DNA of 64,000 nt, taken from Leptogorgia sarmentosa. Lineage: Eukaryota. The notes below the pieces were generated by a model. It had not been told where the DNA came from. It made no database searches and saw only the letters and a list, made by a program, of their open reading frames with translations. How positions within the stretch are numbered: position 1 is the first letter of the stretch; the number at the start of each line of letters is the position of its first letter. The stretch is from contig OZ210885.1 of NCBI GenBank assembly GCA_964658305.1, forward strand, positions 23,870,001-23,934,000, written 5' to 3'. Below, piece after piece: positions 11,122-23,304 of this stretch. The translations under genes and the position numbers were made by a program.

Positions 11122-12876
11122 CTATTTCAAAACAAAAACCTTCAAATGTGTTGGTAATCGGCGCAAACGCTGAGATCTTCGAACTTCGGTGTGTCCAGAA
11201 CTGCTACTTTCTTGTTCATTTGTTGGAGATGGAGGAATTGTGGTTGAGGTTGATGGCAAAGTCGGCTCCTCTGGTTGTACGATCACTGGGGTTGAGGTAA
11301 TAGGTTCTCTGGGCGGTCTCGTCACTGGATTTTGAGTAGGTGTATCGTTGTTGTTTAAGAATAGATTGGACTTTCTTAAATGAACTCTGTTTCTTCGCAG
11401 AATACCGCAGGGCATTTCCACTTTGTAGGATCCCTCATCCAAACGTTTTCTTACCGATCCCGGTTGCCATTCTTTCTTTCCAAGTTTCCGGGGCTTGATT
11501 CTTACCGAGTCACCTTCTTTTAAAGGTGGAAGGTCTCGCGCACCTCTGTTGTAATACCTTGCTTGTTGTTGTTGACGCATGCGCAATTTGAGGCGTGTCA
11601 AATCATCATCTTCCGTGCTTGGCTTGAGTAATTCAGCAGACATAGGTAAAAGACTTCTCGTTCTTCTACTAAACAAACGCTGTGCAGGACTAATCTGGAC
11701 GGCTGCAGATGGCGTATTTCTATGATCCAACAAAGCCAGGAATGTGTCGGTGCCAGCTTTGTTGCACTTCATTATGATCTTCTTTGCCTCTTTCACAGCA
11801 CTCTCCGCTTTTCCGTTGGCTTGACTATGACGTGGACTGTTGGTGAAATGTTCAAAATCCCATTCTTTCGCAAATTTGACGAAATCACATGACACAAACT
11901 GTGGACCGTTGTCTGTTACTAACTGTTCCGGAATACCATGCCTTGAAAAATGAGCTTTCAATTTCTTGATCACTGACGTTGAGGTTGTACTTCGAAGATG
12001 ATCCAATTCAAAGAAATCACTGAAGTAATCAGTAGTGACCAGGTAGGTTCTTCCAGCATGTTCGAAAAGATCAGCTGCTACACTTTGCCATGGTCGACTT
12101 GGTACCTCATGACCCATGAGTGTTTCTTTCGTCTGGCTTCGTTCATATTCTCTACACACCTCGCAAGTTGACACAAAATTCTTAATGTCCCCGGACACCC
12201 CAGGCCAGTATAAACACTCTCGAGCTCTGTTAAGACATCTATTGACACCAAGATGGGCATTATGAACTCTCTTCATCAGATCGCTTCTAATCACTTGTGG
12301 AACTACCACTCTTTCTCCTTTGAAAATGAGTACATTTTGAACGGACATTTCATCTCTCATGTTGTAATATGGAGAGATGATATTTGGTAGGGCAGATTTC
12401 TGTTCAGGCCAGCCCTGTTGGATTACGGTCTTGAGGACCTGGAGAGACTCGTCATTCTCAGTTTCTCGCTGTATCTGCAGGAGTCTCTCTTCCGATATAG
12501 ACAGATACTTTAGCATGTTGATGGTTTCGAACTCCGGTTCTCCTTGACCAGTTGTCTCTGGAACATAGGCTCTGGAAAGGGTATCTGCTAATAGCATTGT
12601 TTTCCCACTTTGGTACCGGACTTCGACGTTATACTTTTGCAGGCGAAGAATCATTCCTTGTAATCTCTTCGGTGCTCGATGTAAGGGTTTCTTGAGAATC
12701 GACTCACGAGGTTTGTGATCTGAGTGGACTATTGTCTTTCGTCCAAAAGTGTAATCGTTGAACTTTTCCACTGCGACAACGACAGCTAACATCTCCTTCT
12801 CTATTTGAGCATAACGACATTCTGTTTCCGTTAGAGCTCGGCTTGCATACGCAATTGGCTGTCCGTTTTGGATCAA
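11122..12876 (-). CDS. pol: Gypsy pol: RNase H and integrase (frameshifted from RT)
   Basis: YAQIEKE, SDHKP, ADTLSR, HHCC zinc finger, and DDE core ADLF / TDNGPQF / NGKAE. Confidence 0.93.
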   Translation of the reverse strand: MIQNGQPIAYASRALTETECRYAQIEKEMLAVVVAVEKFNDYTFGRKTIVHSDHKPRESILKKPLHRAPKRLQGMILRLQKYNVEVRYQSGKTMLLADTLSRAYVPETTGQGEPEFETINMLKYLSISEERLLQIQRETENDESLQVLKTVIQQGWPEQKSALPNIISPYYNMRDEMSVQNVLIFKGERVVVPQVIRSDLMKRVHNAHLGVNRCLNRARECLYWPGVSGDIKNFVSTCEVCREYERSQTKETLMGHEVPSRPWQSVAADLFEHAGRTYLVTTDYFSDFFELDHLRSTTSTSVIKKLKAHFSRHGIPEQLVTDNGPQFVSCDFVKFAKEWDFEHFTNSPRHSQANGKAESAVKEAKKIIMKCNKAGTDTFLALLDHRNTPSAAVQISPAQRLFSRRTRSLLPMSAELLKPSTEDDDLTRLKLRMRQQQQARYYNRGARDLPPLKEGDSVRIKPRKLGKKEWQPGSVRKRLDEGSYKVEMPCGILRRNRVHLRKSNLFLNNNDTPTQNPVTRPPREPITSTPVIVQPEEPTLPSTSTTIPPSPTNEQESSSSGHTEVRRSQRLRRLPTHLKVFVLK

Positions 12877-13735
12877 AGACCACTTTGGCTGCTATCACAT
12901 TGAATTTCCAATTGTTCTGCAGGTTGGTAGTATGCCAAGACTGGTGCAGCTGAGATAAGCTTCTTCACGTTCTCCCATGCTTTCTCGTGAGCATCACTCC
13001 AACTCCACACAACATCTTTATGGGTAAGATCTTGCAAGGGTTTCATCGCATCAGACAAATGAGGCAGGAAACGACTAAGATAGGTTACCATCCTGTTTAG
13101 GCGTAACACGTCTTCTCGGTTTTCTGGACGCGGCATATCTCTTACTGCTCTAATTTTCTCCGGGTCTGGTTTCAATCCCTCGTTGGTCAACAAATGTCCA
13201 TGAAATGGAACTTCTTTGCACTTGAATTCTAGCTTCTGAGGATTTAACTTTATGCCTTTGTGTTGACATCTACACATAAAGTTGGCTAAGTTCCTGTCAT
13301 GATCAGCTTCACTAGTACCATAAATCAACACATCATCAGCGATACACTTGACGCCAGGAAGACCTTCTAACTCCTGATTTAGTCGCTTCTGAAATATCTC
13401 ACTCGAAACATTAAGACCAAATGGAAGACGAAGCCATTTAAACCAACCATAAGGAGTTGCAAAAGTTGTCAGGACGCTGGACTCTTCATCCAGTTCGAGA
13501 TGCCAGAAAGCTGAAGCTAGATCCACTTTAGTGAACACACACGCATCTGAAAGATCTGGTAATAGATCATCAATCACAGGGATTTGATAATGTTCCCTCT
13601 TCAAAGCAGCATTCAATGGTTTCGGATCGATACAAATTCGCAACGAACCTGATTTCTTCATAGCGACCACAATTTGGCTAACCCATTCCGTTGGTTCATC
13701 CACAGGGGCTATAACTTTTAAATCTTCTAATCTTT
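12873..13735 (-). CDS. pol: Gypsy pol: reverse transcriptase
   Basis: LRICIDPKPLN, RLPFGL and IADD. Frameshifts at both ends. Confidence 0.93.
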
Positions 13736-15124
13736 TCAGCTCTTCTTGAATTTTTCTCTAACAGCCACGGGTATTTTTCTCGCGGGTAACACCACAGGTT
13801 TGCAAGTGGCATCTACTTGCAAATGAACCTTGCCGGGCAGTGTCCCAAGATTTTCATCAAAAACATCTGGATACTTGTTTACAGGATCATTGTCACATTT
13901 CTCCACGACATTGACAAAGTTTTCACTGTGAACTGTTAGCAATTTCATCTTCTCTACCGCATTCAAACCCAATAACGGTGTCCAATTCTCTTCAACGACC
14001 AGAAATTTCACTTGATACTTTACGTCGTTCTTTGGGTTAATCACCGGTAGGGTACAAGATCCCAAGGGTTTGACCTTTGTGCCATTCCACATCACGAGTG
14101 TCTTGGTACACGGAGTAAGCGCGACATCTTTGGCGAACTTGAGCGGTAATACATTAGCACTTGCCCCACAGTCGATCTGAAACTTTATAGCTTTGTTATT
14201 GATGTGCATTTTCGCGAACACAGCCTTTTCTCGCATTGCTTGGATTTTGACCATGCTGATTTCCTCGTACTCGTCTTCGCTCTCGATATTATATACTGAG
14301 GTTTTCCTGCATTTCTTAGCAAAATGGTTTCTTTCTTTGCATCGATTGCAAGTTTTTCCCCATGCTGGGCATTTCTTTTTGTCTGGCGTGTGTTCGTAAC
14401 CGCAAAATTTACATGAAACTTTCTTGCCAGTTTGTAACCCTTTCTTTCCTTCGAAAACTTTTTGCTTATTCTTCGCTTTCGACTGGAGTTGATTGATATC
14501 TTCGGGCTCTGCAAGAGACTTCATCTGCATGTCCGTGACTTCCTCGCTTCGACATATGTCTATGCATTTGTTTAAGGTGAGGTCTCTTGTTCGTAGTAGC
14601 TTCTTCGTTGTTTGTTCATTCTTAATTCCCAGGACAATACGGTCACGAATTAAACTATCGCGAAGGCACTCACAAAAATTGCAAGTCTTTGCCAGGGTTT
14701 TCAACTCAGCGACGAAGTTGTCCACGGATTCAGTTGGAAGTTTATCGCGTCTATTAAAACAGTATCTTTCGTATATCTCGTTTACTTTCCCAATGCTATG
14801 CTTTTCTAATTTGTTCATGACCACACGCCAGTCATTAACATTCTCTTCTGTTGCGTAACTGAATGTTTTAATGACCTTCAAGCCATCGTCCCCAATTGCA
14901 TGTTTAAACATCGCTAACTGATATTGTTCGCTTTCTTGTTGTAGTCTCGAGATAACAAAGTAGTTGCTGTATTTCTCTTTCCATAGTTTCCAATTTTCGG
15001 CGATTTCACCACTGTTTCTCAAGTCTAGAGGCTGTGGCGGTAATATTTGATGAAGCATCGCTAATTGCGTTTGTTGTGCTTGAGGTATTTCGCCTTGAAC
15101 AACTTCTAGCGTTTCATTCTCCAT
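13736..15124 (-). CDS. gag: Gypsy gag and aspartic protease
   Basis: WKLWK, LIRDRIVLG, knuckles CKFCGYEH..CPA and CNRCKERNHFAKKC, protease IDCGAS. Confidence 0.93.
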   Translation of the reverse strand: MENETLEVVQGEIPQAQQTQLAMLHQILPPQPLDLRNSGEIAENWKLWKEKYSNYFVISRLQQESEQYQLAMFKHAIGDDGLKVIKTFSYATEENVNDWRVVMNKLEKHSIGKVNEIYERYCFNRRDKLPTESVDNFVAELKTLAKTCNFCECLRDSLIRDRIVLGIKNEQTTKKLLRTRDLTLNKCIDICRSEEVTDMQMKSLAEPEDINQLQSKAKNKQKVFEGKKGLQTGKKVSCKFCGYEHTPDKKKCPAWGKTCNRCKERNHFAKKCRKTSVYNIESEDEYEEISMVKIQAMREKAVFAKMHINNKAIKFQIDCGASANVLPLKFAKDVALTPCTKTLVMWNGTKVKPLGSCTLPVINPKNDVKYQVKFLVVEENWTPLLGLNAVEKMKLLTVHSENFVNVVEKCDNDPVNKYPDVFDENLGTLPGKVHLQVDATCKPVVLPARKIPVAVREKFKKS

Positions 15125-15204
15125 GCCGTAGTCGTAGACGGTATGATTTGTCGACGACTATACTAGTAGTGATTACAAAAATTCGCTTTGACACGCTGCC
15201 ACCA

Positions 15205-15322
15205 TGTTATAAAACTCAGTCTTTTGACTGGTGTCTTAGACGAGCAAGATTTATTACTGACAAAACAACCTACTTTCTACACAATATATAGCCTAATTAT
15301 GAATAAATTACCATCTATAACA
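15205..15322 (-). repeat. 5' LTR of the complete Gypsy
   Basis: TG..CA, followed on the minus strand by PBS TGGTGGCAGCG (complementary to a tRNA-Leu-type 3' end). Confidence 0.97.
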
Positions 15323-15628
15323 GGTGGCTGCATTTCTCAGCTTCGTTTTTTGATCTCAGCGGTCCAGAGAACATTAATTCGGCATGTTGTTTAAAACATT
15401 GCCAATTTTCCTTGATATTTTCGCCGTCCCATTGCATCACAGGGAGTTCAATACCACTAAGAGCCATGACGGTAGCTTATAGGGTCGATATTCAGTAAAA
15501 TCCTGACACCATGTAATAGTCTTCGAGCTTTGTAATAGTCTTTCGAGCTTTTCTGTATTTTTACAAGACAAGTACAACAACAACATGAGGCACCATGGGG
15601 GGTCTCAAACCGGAAGTATATCATTACA
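15323..15628 (-). mobile_element. Older Gypsy 5' end (LTR 15512-15628, PBS, gag start), continuing at about 10790-10876
   Basis: TGTAAT..ATTACA 117-bp LTR and PBS TGGTGTCAGGA. The gag reads MALSGIELPVMQW..WQCFKQHAELMFSGPL..EKCSH and continues as LLIWVGQK across the younger insertion. Confidence 0.85.
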
Positions 15629-15629
15629 G

Positions 15630-16330
15630 ACGTATGAGAACTCATAGAAATTCTCTCCCTTGGATTTTTTCAGACATCAAGGGTATAATGAGATCAAGAG
15701 ACTTCCACAAAATAAAAGCGGTTAGATTTAATTCTCAAAGTCATTGGACAAAATATAAGGAATTACGAAACAAATTTTCTGAGATTTATGAGGACAAGGT
15801 AATATATCAATTGCATAGTCTCAATTTCAAAATCCACAGGATTAGATAACATACCTGCTAAAGCTCTCAAAATATCTGCAGACATTGTTGGTCTGCCATT
15901 AACTTGGATATTTAACCTTTCAATCAAAAAAGGAGAATATGTGGATGAATGGAAAAAAGCCTGGGTTACACCCATTTATAAATATGATGACAGGTTGAAA
16001 TGTGAGAATTATCACCCTATCTCGATATTACCTATTGTCAGTAAAATACTTGAGAGATGCGTTTTTAATCAAATTTATAAATTTCTTAATGATAATTCAC
16101 TTCTTTCAAATCATCAACATGGTTTTCAGCCTAAACATTCAACTCTCACCGCTCTAACGCAAATGTGCGATACTCTTTATGAAAATATGGATAATGGTCA
16201 GTTGAGCGGCATTGTTTTTCTTGACATTACAACACCACCCAACTAAGACCAAAATAATGTTCATTGGCTCTAAACATCATATTAATTCCACAACTTTTGA
16301 TCATCCTGTGATGTTAAATAACCAACGCAT
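15630..16330 (+). mobile_element. Fragmented CR1-group LINE RT
   Basis: LPWI, TGLDNIPAK, WKKAWVTPIYK, YHPISILP..SKILE and GIVFLD, with internal deletions. Similar to the LINE at 46245-49505. Confidence 0.88.
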
Positions 16331-16332
16331 CC

Positions 16333-16671
16333 TGTAGCAACCAAACTACTACAATTAGATCCCCAAGGAGAATTACACAACGCACTATAAAATCTTATTC
16401 TTTATTTGAATTGTCGTCGGTTTTCTAAAATTACAAGTATATAAAGAAATTAAGTTAAGAATACAAATTTGTAGCTAATAACGCTTAATATCCAGATTTT
16501 CCTTACCTCACAATGAGGACTCAATTAATTGGATGTGCTTCGTTCGACAAAATTCTAGCAAAAATAATAACTGAACAGGCCGACTCGCCTTTAAATACTT
16601 TCTGGTCCTGAGCCTGCATACAGACTCAGTAATTATCATAATAAATTATAAATTATAATTTGGGCTTTACA
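16333..16671 (-). repeat. 3' LTR of BEL/Pao element 2
   Basis: On the minus strand PPT-like AGGGGCCGGTA is followed by TGTAAAG, and the LTR ends at CTACA where LINE sequence resumes. Confidence 0.7.
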
Positions 16672-19600
16672 TACCGGCCCCTATCAAGTCCACGTCTTGA
16701 TATCAAATTATTAAACCAAATTATAATAATTAATATCTTAAACTTATTCTAATATTAATCCAACATTCAATATCACAATTATATAAGTGTTCAAATTTAC
16801 GCATAAAGTCCAAATACCTAACAGTCCCCTTCCAATAAACATAATTTCCTAATGTCCCTTTTAAATTTCGACTTCGATGTACGTATCAGTACCTGTCGTA
16901 CTCGACCGTTCTTATCAGGATACACTTCCTTGACAACGCCAATAATAACACGAGATCTTTAGGTTGTAAATTTCGTTTTTTCTTCAGCCATTTCTGTCGT
17001 TCCTGGAGTAGAGGCAAATACTCTCTAACCCATCTTTTCCAGAATGCGTTCGCAAGCTGTTGAGCTTTCCAACGTTTAGAGAACTTATTTGCGGTTACCC
17101 AATTTCCCAAAGGAGATGGTTGTTCTGATCGCAGGAGAAGTAGCTTGTTTGGGGTCAACGGTTCAAGCTCATTTGAGTGGTCTTCTTGACGGGTTAATGG
17201 ACGACTGTTCAAAATTCTTTCCGTCTCTGCCATAAACGTCGCCAAGGCTTCGTCATTTACTCTCTGCCCTTGCAATAAGGCCTTCAATATTCGACGAATA
17301 GAGCGAATTAGCCACCCATGTGGCTTGCAGCCGGGGGATTAAAGTGCCACTGAATATGTTGCTTTCGCAGACGATCGGTAATGGTTGACTGGGAAGACTT
17401 GGCGCGAAGTTTCTCGAATTCTTCTTCGAGGGCGGAATGTGCTGCTGTAAAATTAGTCCCGTTATCACTATAGACGTCAGATGGTTGTCCATGTCGACTC
17501 ACGAACCTACTGAAGGCACAAAGGAAAGATTCTGCATCCAATGAATGGGCGATTTCTATATGTACGGCTCTCATCGTTAAACAGGTAAACAAACAGCCAT
17601 ATCGTTTTACTTGGCTCCGTCCTTGGTTGACCATAAATGGACCGAAGTAGTCCACTCCCACAAAGGTGAACGGCGGATTCGATGGAGTGATTCTTGCTTC
17701 AGGGAGCGAAGCCATTATCTGCTCTCCGGGTTTGGCGTTTCGTTTCTGACAATCGATACAAGTTTTGATCACTCTTCTCACCTCGGTAGGGCCATGGATT
17801 ATCCAGAATGTTTGACGGATAGTTGCCAGCACTTGGGTAGGTCCTACATGTCCTTCACTTAAATGACAGTTGCGTATGATCAATTTGGTAACATGATGAT
17901 GTTGGGGCAAGATCATCGGGTGCTTAACATCAAATGGCATCGAAGACCGCTCAAGCCGACCTCCTACTCGTAACATACCGCCAACCAAAAGCGAACTCAA
18001 CTTTCGCAGTTGACTTCTCTTCATTATCAGTTCCGCTTTCGAAGATCCATGTCCATCACCCTTGGTCATTTCCAGAGCTCGTATTTCATCCTGGAAACGT
18101 TGTTGTATATACTTCACAATTCTAGCTGTCGCCACACAGATTTCTCGAACTGTCAACCGTCCAGACAAAGCTTGTTGTCGACTTCGCGTGTTCTTCTTCT
18201 GTCGGAGAAATGCTAAGAAACGTAGCAGCCATGCTACATCTTTTTGTAGTGCATACCACGAGGAATAACGTTCTAGGAGCTCATCCGTCATGCCAATCTT
18301 CTCCTCGGGTGTTATCTCGTTGATCTGTGCCACCCGTCGCCACTCCAAATGCCCATCAGGCATTTTCTTTATTCCGTTGGGACTCTTTGGCCAGTTGTCC
18401 TCCTCGCGTTTCAGGAATTCGGGACCATTGAACCACACTTCCGCTTTCTTCTGATCATTGGGATCAATACCACGAGATGCACTATCAGCAGGGTTGTATG
18501 CGGTCTCAACATATCTCCATTGTGATGGTTTAGATAAACCGTGTATTACTGACAACCTGTTCGCCACGAACGTTTGGAAACGCGTTGATTCGTTGTTAAG
18601 ATATTGCAGCACTACTGTGGAATCAGTCCAGAAGACAATGCGATTTACTGAGATCTCCAACTCCTCTTCTACTTGATGACTTAACTTTACTGCGAGGACC
18701 GCCGCTGTCAGTTCCAATCTCGGGATAGTAATTTGCTTCGTAGGCGCTACACGAGACTTTCCAACAAGAAAAGACACTGTTAAATGGTTGTTCACATCAA
18801 CAAGACGTAAATAGGTCACTGCTCCATATCCCAGTCTGGAAGCATCAGCAAAGGTGTGCAGTTGAGCGTCCTTTAGTTTCTCCGCCAGATTAACTTTAAC
18901 ACATCGTGGAATAGCGACAGTCGACAACTGAGCTAACGATTGTTGCCAAACATCCCAGGTCGACCATTTGTCCTTTGGAATCTCTTCATCCCAATCATAA
19001 TTAATAGAACACAGACGTTGGAGAATTTGTCTTCCCGGAAGGATGAACGGTGATGCAATTCTGAGAGGATCATACATTGCACTTATGAATGACAACATAG
19101 CTCTTCTCGTCTTAACGTCCCTTTTCCCTACGATGCGAAGACGGAATGTATCTGCTTCGACATCCCATATAGATCCTAACGCTGCTGATTCTGGAAACAA
19201 CTCGAAATCAAGGTTAACCAAAGAGGATGCCCGTTCATCTGGAGGGATCGACGCTAGCACCTCGCGACTGTTACTTGCCCATTTGGTAAGTCGGAAACCA
19301 CCTTTCGCCAACATTGCTCGTAACTGACCAGCCAGCCTCGTAGCCCTTTCAACTGTGGCCACTGACTTTAAACAATCATCTACGTAGAAGTTCTTTCTAA
19401 CAGTTTTGATTGTTTCTTTGTCGAATTCACCCTCATGGTCTTCAGCTGTCTTTCGAAGACCGAAGTTCGCACAAGAAGGCGATGAGGTTGCTCCGAACAG
19501 ATGCACTCACATTGAATAATCTTGCGGTGGTTTAGAGACATCGGCGTCCGGCCATCAAAGAAATCGCAACGATTCACTATCTTGCGAGTTGACTCTAACT

Positions 19601-20590
19601 TGATGAAACATGGACTCGATGTCAGATGTTAGGGCAACTGGTTCTTGGCGAAATCGTATGAGAACTCCAATCAGCGTGTTGGTTAAATCTGGTCCATGTA
19701 ATAGTTGATCGTTTAACGAAGTATCTTCAAATCTTGCGGCGCAATCGAAGACCAGGCGAACTTTATCAGGCTTGTGTACATTTAACACCGGGTGGTGAGG
19801 CAAGTACCTTACTCTACTAGTCGTATTCTCGCGTTCGCAATTTTTTCTTTCTTCAGGAAATTTAGCGGCATGACCCTTCTCTACGTAACCTTGAATAACG
19901 TTCTGATATTTTTCTTTCAAAACTGGATCTTTCATCAAGCGCCGTTGTAGGGAAATTAATCGCTTCTCAGCCATCTTTCTATTGTTAGGAAAGTTAGGTG
20001 AGCCGACACGCCATGGCAATGCTATCTTGTAATGTCCATCTACCTTCTTCGCAGAACTTTCCATAATATTCAAGGCTCTTTGATCCTCCAAAGACATTCC
20101 TTTTCCCAAACGAAAATCAGCTTCACTAAAGTCCATTCGAACCATTCTTTCAACTTGCTCTTGAAGGGTGTTGTCTTCTTTCCGGATGAAATTGATCTGG
20201 AATTCTCGCTCGGTTTCTGTTCCGATTGGACCCATGAGTGTCCAACCCAGAGGCGTTCTCACTGCATACGGTTCCTTTCGCCCACCACGTCGTTGTTCTA
20301 AAACCCAATGAGCTTCTGGCACATCGCTTCCAATGATCATACTGACCTTCTCGTTTTCCAACTCTGGAAACACGATTCCATCCAAATGAGACCAACCAAA
20401 TACATCGTTAGCAATGGGAATTGATCTTTTAGAGACAGGAAGATTATTCACCGTCCATGCCCGAGTAACATCAATGTTCTCATTGCCATTCAAATCCGAG
20501 ACTATCAGTCTGACTTCTTCTCCACAGGTCTCTTTCTTTCCTTCGTTCACTGTTGTTAAAGAGAACGCTGTTGGAACACCTGTAATTCCA
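16672..20590 (-). mobile_element. BEL/Pao element 2 pol (RT-RH-IN), 5'-truncated
   Basis: ORFs 19555-20601, 17308-19506 and 16886-17287 carry YLPHHPV, HLFGATSSP, FYVDD, FADAS, TIPRLEL, WTDS, VDYFGPF, SDNGTNF and LNSRPL. Confidence 0.95.
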
Positions 20591-22417
20591 AATCTTATCA
20601 TAGTTAATACAATGTCCCTGTCTTGACAAGATTACTAAAGGTAGTTTTTGTCCTGTTAAACTATGTAAGCCAAGACCAAGCGCAGCATGCTTCGACGTGA
20701 TAAAAGTTCCTTTTGATAACGCATGAATAACATCTTGACTGAAAGAATCCCGCAAACGACATACAATCTCTCTAGTAGCATGGTGATTACTACTAGGCGA
20801 AAGCAGTTTGTCAAAAAACAACTTGAGTAATGCTGGAGACATTAATCGCAGCTCGTTTAATGGTATACTCTTTGCCAAACTCTAAGCTTTTTGAAATTGT
20901 TTGGCTTTCCAAACAACCACGGCTAATTACAACTTGGGCAGTGTGGTATTCTATTGAAATAAAAAGAATACAGTCACCGTAATTTTTCAATAATCGTTCT
21001 TTTAAAGCGTGTCTCCGTTGACGTACGCCGGCACCAATGCCATAAGCTTCCATGAGGGATTCCATAGAAAGACACTCTCGACCACCAATAATGTGAACAT
21101 CTACTAATGCGCATACAGCTTCAAAATTTCCAGATCCTTCTGTTGTTTGAATATCCCTATTTCGCTCTTGTTCCCACACTAGGCGGGTGTACTCTCTCTA
21201 TAACAGTAGTCGTGTCTCTGAAAATCTTTCGCAATCAGGTCAACGTCTTGAACTGCAGTGAGCATCTCCTGGTCATTCCTCAGTTTTGCAGCTTGTTTCA
21301 GCGTACTTTCCGCCGACTTTGTAACTATCTTTGCGAGCACCTGGCGTTTTCCTTTCACTTTGATAACAGTTTTTTTGCAAATCATGCAGTGATTTGGAAA
21401 ACGTCCCCTGGAATCCGTACGTGAGCATTCCTCGATTTTCAGTGATTTGTGCCCACATCTTTCAGATTTCTTTCTTGCACTTGCTTCTCCATCCTGACTG
21501 ACTTTTCTTTTCAGCAGTGTTTTAGCATAAGTGAACTTTTGGTAACATTCGCGGTGATAATATAACTCTTTTCCATCAAACGATTCTGGAATTCCACTGC
21601 ATTGTTCATCATGACTATTTTCACCCCCGAGCCGTAATCTAATGTTCTTGCACTCAACGAGCGTTTGAAACGCAGCTTCACTAACTTTGGTAAGGGTATT
21701 TGCTGTTCTGATAGAACCATAGTGTACTAGGCAAGAGACGTCACTCATTATAATATAAATTTCATGTCTACAAACATTGGAGTAGAGAAATTCGCCAAAA
21801 CCTACTTTAAAAAATTAGTTCGGTTATTTTTATTCATCAAAAAAGCCGGAAAGTATATTACAAAGAAATAAAAATTCAAAATATTTCAAAACCGCAAATT
21901 ATGCAATTACTTTTTTAGGTCAGCGGTGTACTGACTCAGGAAGTACTTCATCTTGTGTTAATCAGACGATCGAATGTTACTGACAACATTTCAATCGGGC
22001 AACGAGTGGAAGTTGTCTTCATACATGTATAGCGTTAAGTCAGCGCTCCAAACCGACAGAAATCATTAGCGTTTTCGCCTGACTATTCCAAAACAGTGTA
22101 GGAAACTGATCAAAACGAAGGTATATGCATCAAAACGAGGCTGAAGGCAACTCTGTTTCGCCATCTAACATCGATTTTTGAAATCAGCGCCCAAAACTAA
22201 TCAGAATCACCAGCTCTGTTGGTTTTCTTAGTCAACTAACATCGTTCTTATTTGTGAACCGAAACGAGGCTTTAGACATCAAAACGAGGCTGTTGGCCCC
22301 GCTACTCGCCCGTATAACATCGATTTTTGAAATCAGCGTCTCAAAATTGACCAAAATCACTTCGTCTCGTAAATTCCCTCGTCGGGTGACGATATCCCCC
22401 CTTCCCCTCCTGGTCTA
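20590..22417 (-). mobile_element. Academ DNA transposon 5' fragment
   Basis: YYHRECYQKFT, CMICKK, DLIAKD..HDYCY and KHAALGLGLHSLTG..LSRQGHCINYD are homologous to the N-terminal ORFs of the element at 33043-38508. Terminus TAGACC on the minus strand at 22417, with duplicated subterminal blocks (22128-22210, 22277-22360). Confidence 0.75.
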
Positions 22418-22529
22418 AAACTTGTTCAACACATTATAACATTTCTATATTCTATATGCATGGTATCAAGCACTTTTGTGTCTACCACCGTAAGATTCCA
22501 TTTGGATGAACCAGCTGTAGTGGTAAGTT

Positions 22530-23262
22530 TTTGAGGTAATTGATGATCCTGGATATTTTGACCTTTTGCTTTTACGAAACTTGCGTTGATTAAGGTTGTA
22601 GGATAATTTCGACGTATCAGAAATGTTTTAAGTTCTTCCAAGCGTTGTTCACAAATGTTAGGGTTTGTTATGATAGTGCAGATTCGTCTGGCTAGAGTGT
22701 ATGGGATGTTAGTTTTGCAGTGTTTAGGATGGCAGGAGTTAAAGTCAAGATATTGGTGGGAATCTGTTTCTTTGTAATAAAGCCCCTTTTACATGACCAA
22801 ATTTTCTTTGACAAATTTTATATGTCAAATGCATTTGCTCAAAACCTAGCCTTCAAAAAAGCCAGCTTTTTGAATTCATGCATCTGCCAAAATAAATTAA
22901 AAATAAATTTGTTAGAAATCGCTAATATACACGGCCAGATGAGATTTGTCAAAGAAAATTTGGTCGTGTAAAAGGGGCTTAAATGTTGGTGTAAATTGTC
23001 TTTCCGTTTTTACACAATAGGATATCAAGGAAAGATAATTGTGTTTCATGCGTTTCCATTGTAAATTGCAGTTTTGGATGTAGGTCATTTAGGAGATCAT
23101 GCAGATCGTCAAGTTCTTGTCGTGTTTTATCCCAAAACAAAAGGCAGTCATCCAGATATCGTTTAAAAATTTCGATGAATTTATTTCGTTGTTCAATGCC
23201 ATAGCGGTTCTTAAATCGTTCATATAGCTTTCTTTCTAGGTAGCCCAGTACCAATGTATTAA
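22530..23262 (-). mobile_element. Penelope-like retroelement RT fragment
   Basis: RYLDD, LQFTME, LSFLD, (Y)YKETDSHQYLDF.SCHP.H and NIPY.LARRI..RNYP motifs. Confidence 0.9.
22781..22979. mobile_element. PIF/Harbinger-type MITE (199 bp)
   Basis: TIR AGCCCCTTTTACAyGACCAAATTTTCTTTGACAAAT with TAA TSD. Removing it restores the Penelope frame TNIYYKETD. Confidence 0.92.
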
Positions 23263-23304
23263 TGTAACAGCAAAAAGTTAAAAAGAGGTTGCAGACCCAA
23301 TGAT

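Larger units (their letters stand above)
10877..15322 (-). mobile_element. Structurally complete Gypsy (Mag-like) LTR retrotransposon
   Basis: Two 118-bp TG..CA LTRs, GGTGG TSD (10872-10876 and 15323-15327), PBS TGGTGGCAGCG, PPT AAAAGAAAGGA, and gag-pol in PR-RT-RH-IN order. Confidence 0.97.

Noticed and set aside
14185..14858. Overlapping ORFs 14185-14514, 14193-14399 and 14493-14858
   Set aside because: Alternate-frame or antisense shadows of gag-pol with no motifs. The same applies to the many short ORFs overlapping the BEL, LINE and Academ sequences.
20480..20878. Academ-BEL fusion protein
   Set aside because: It is read-through across a truncation junction near 20590.
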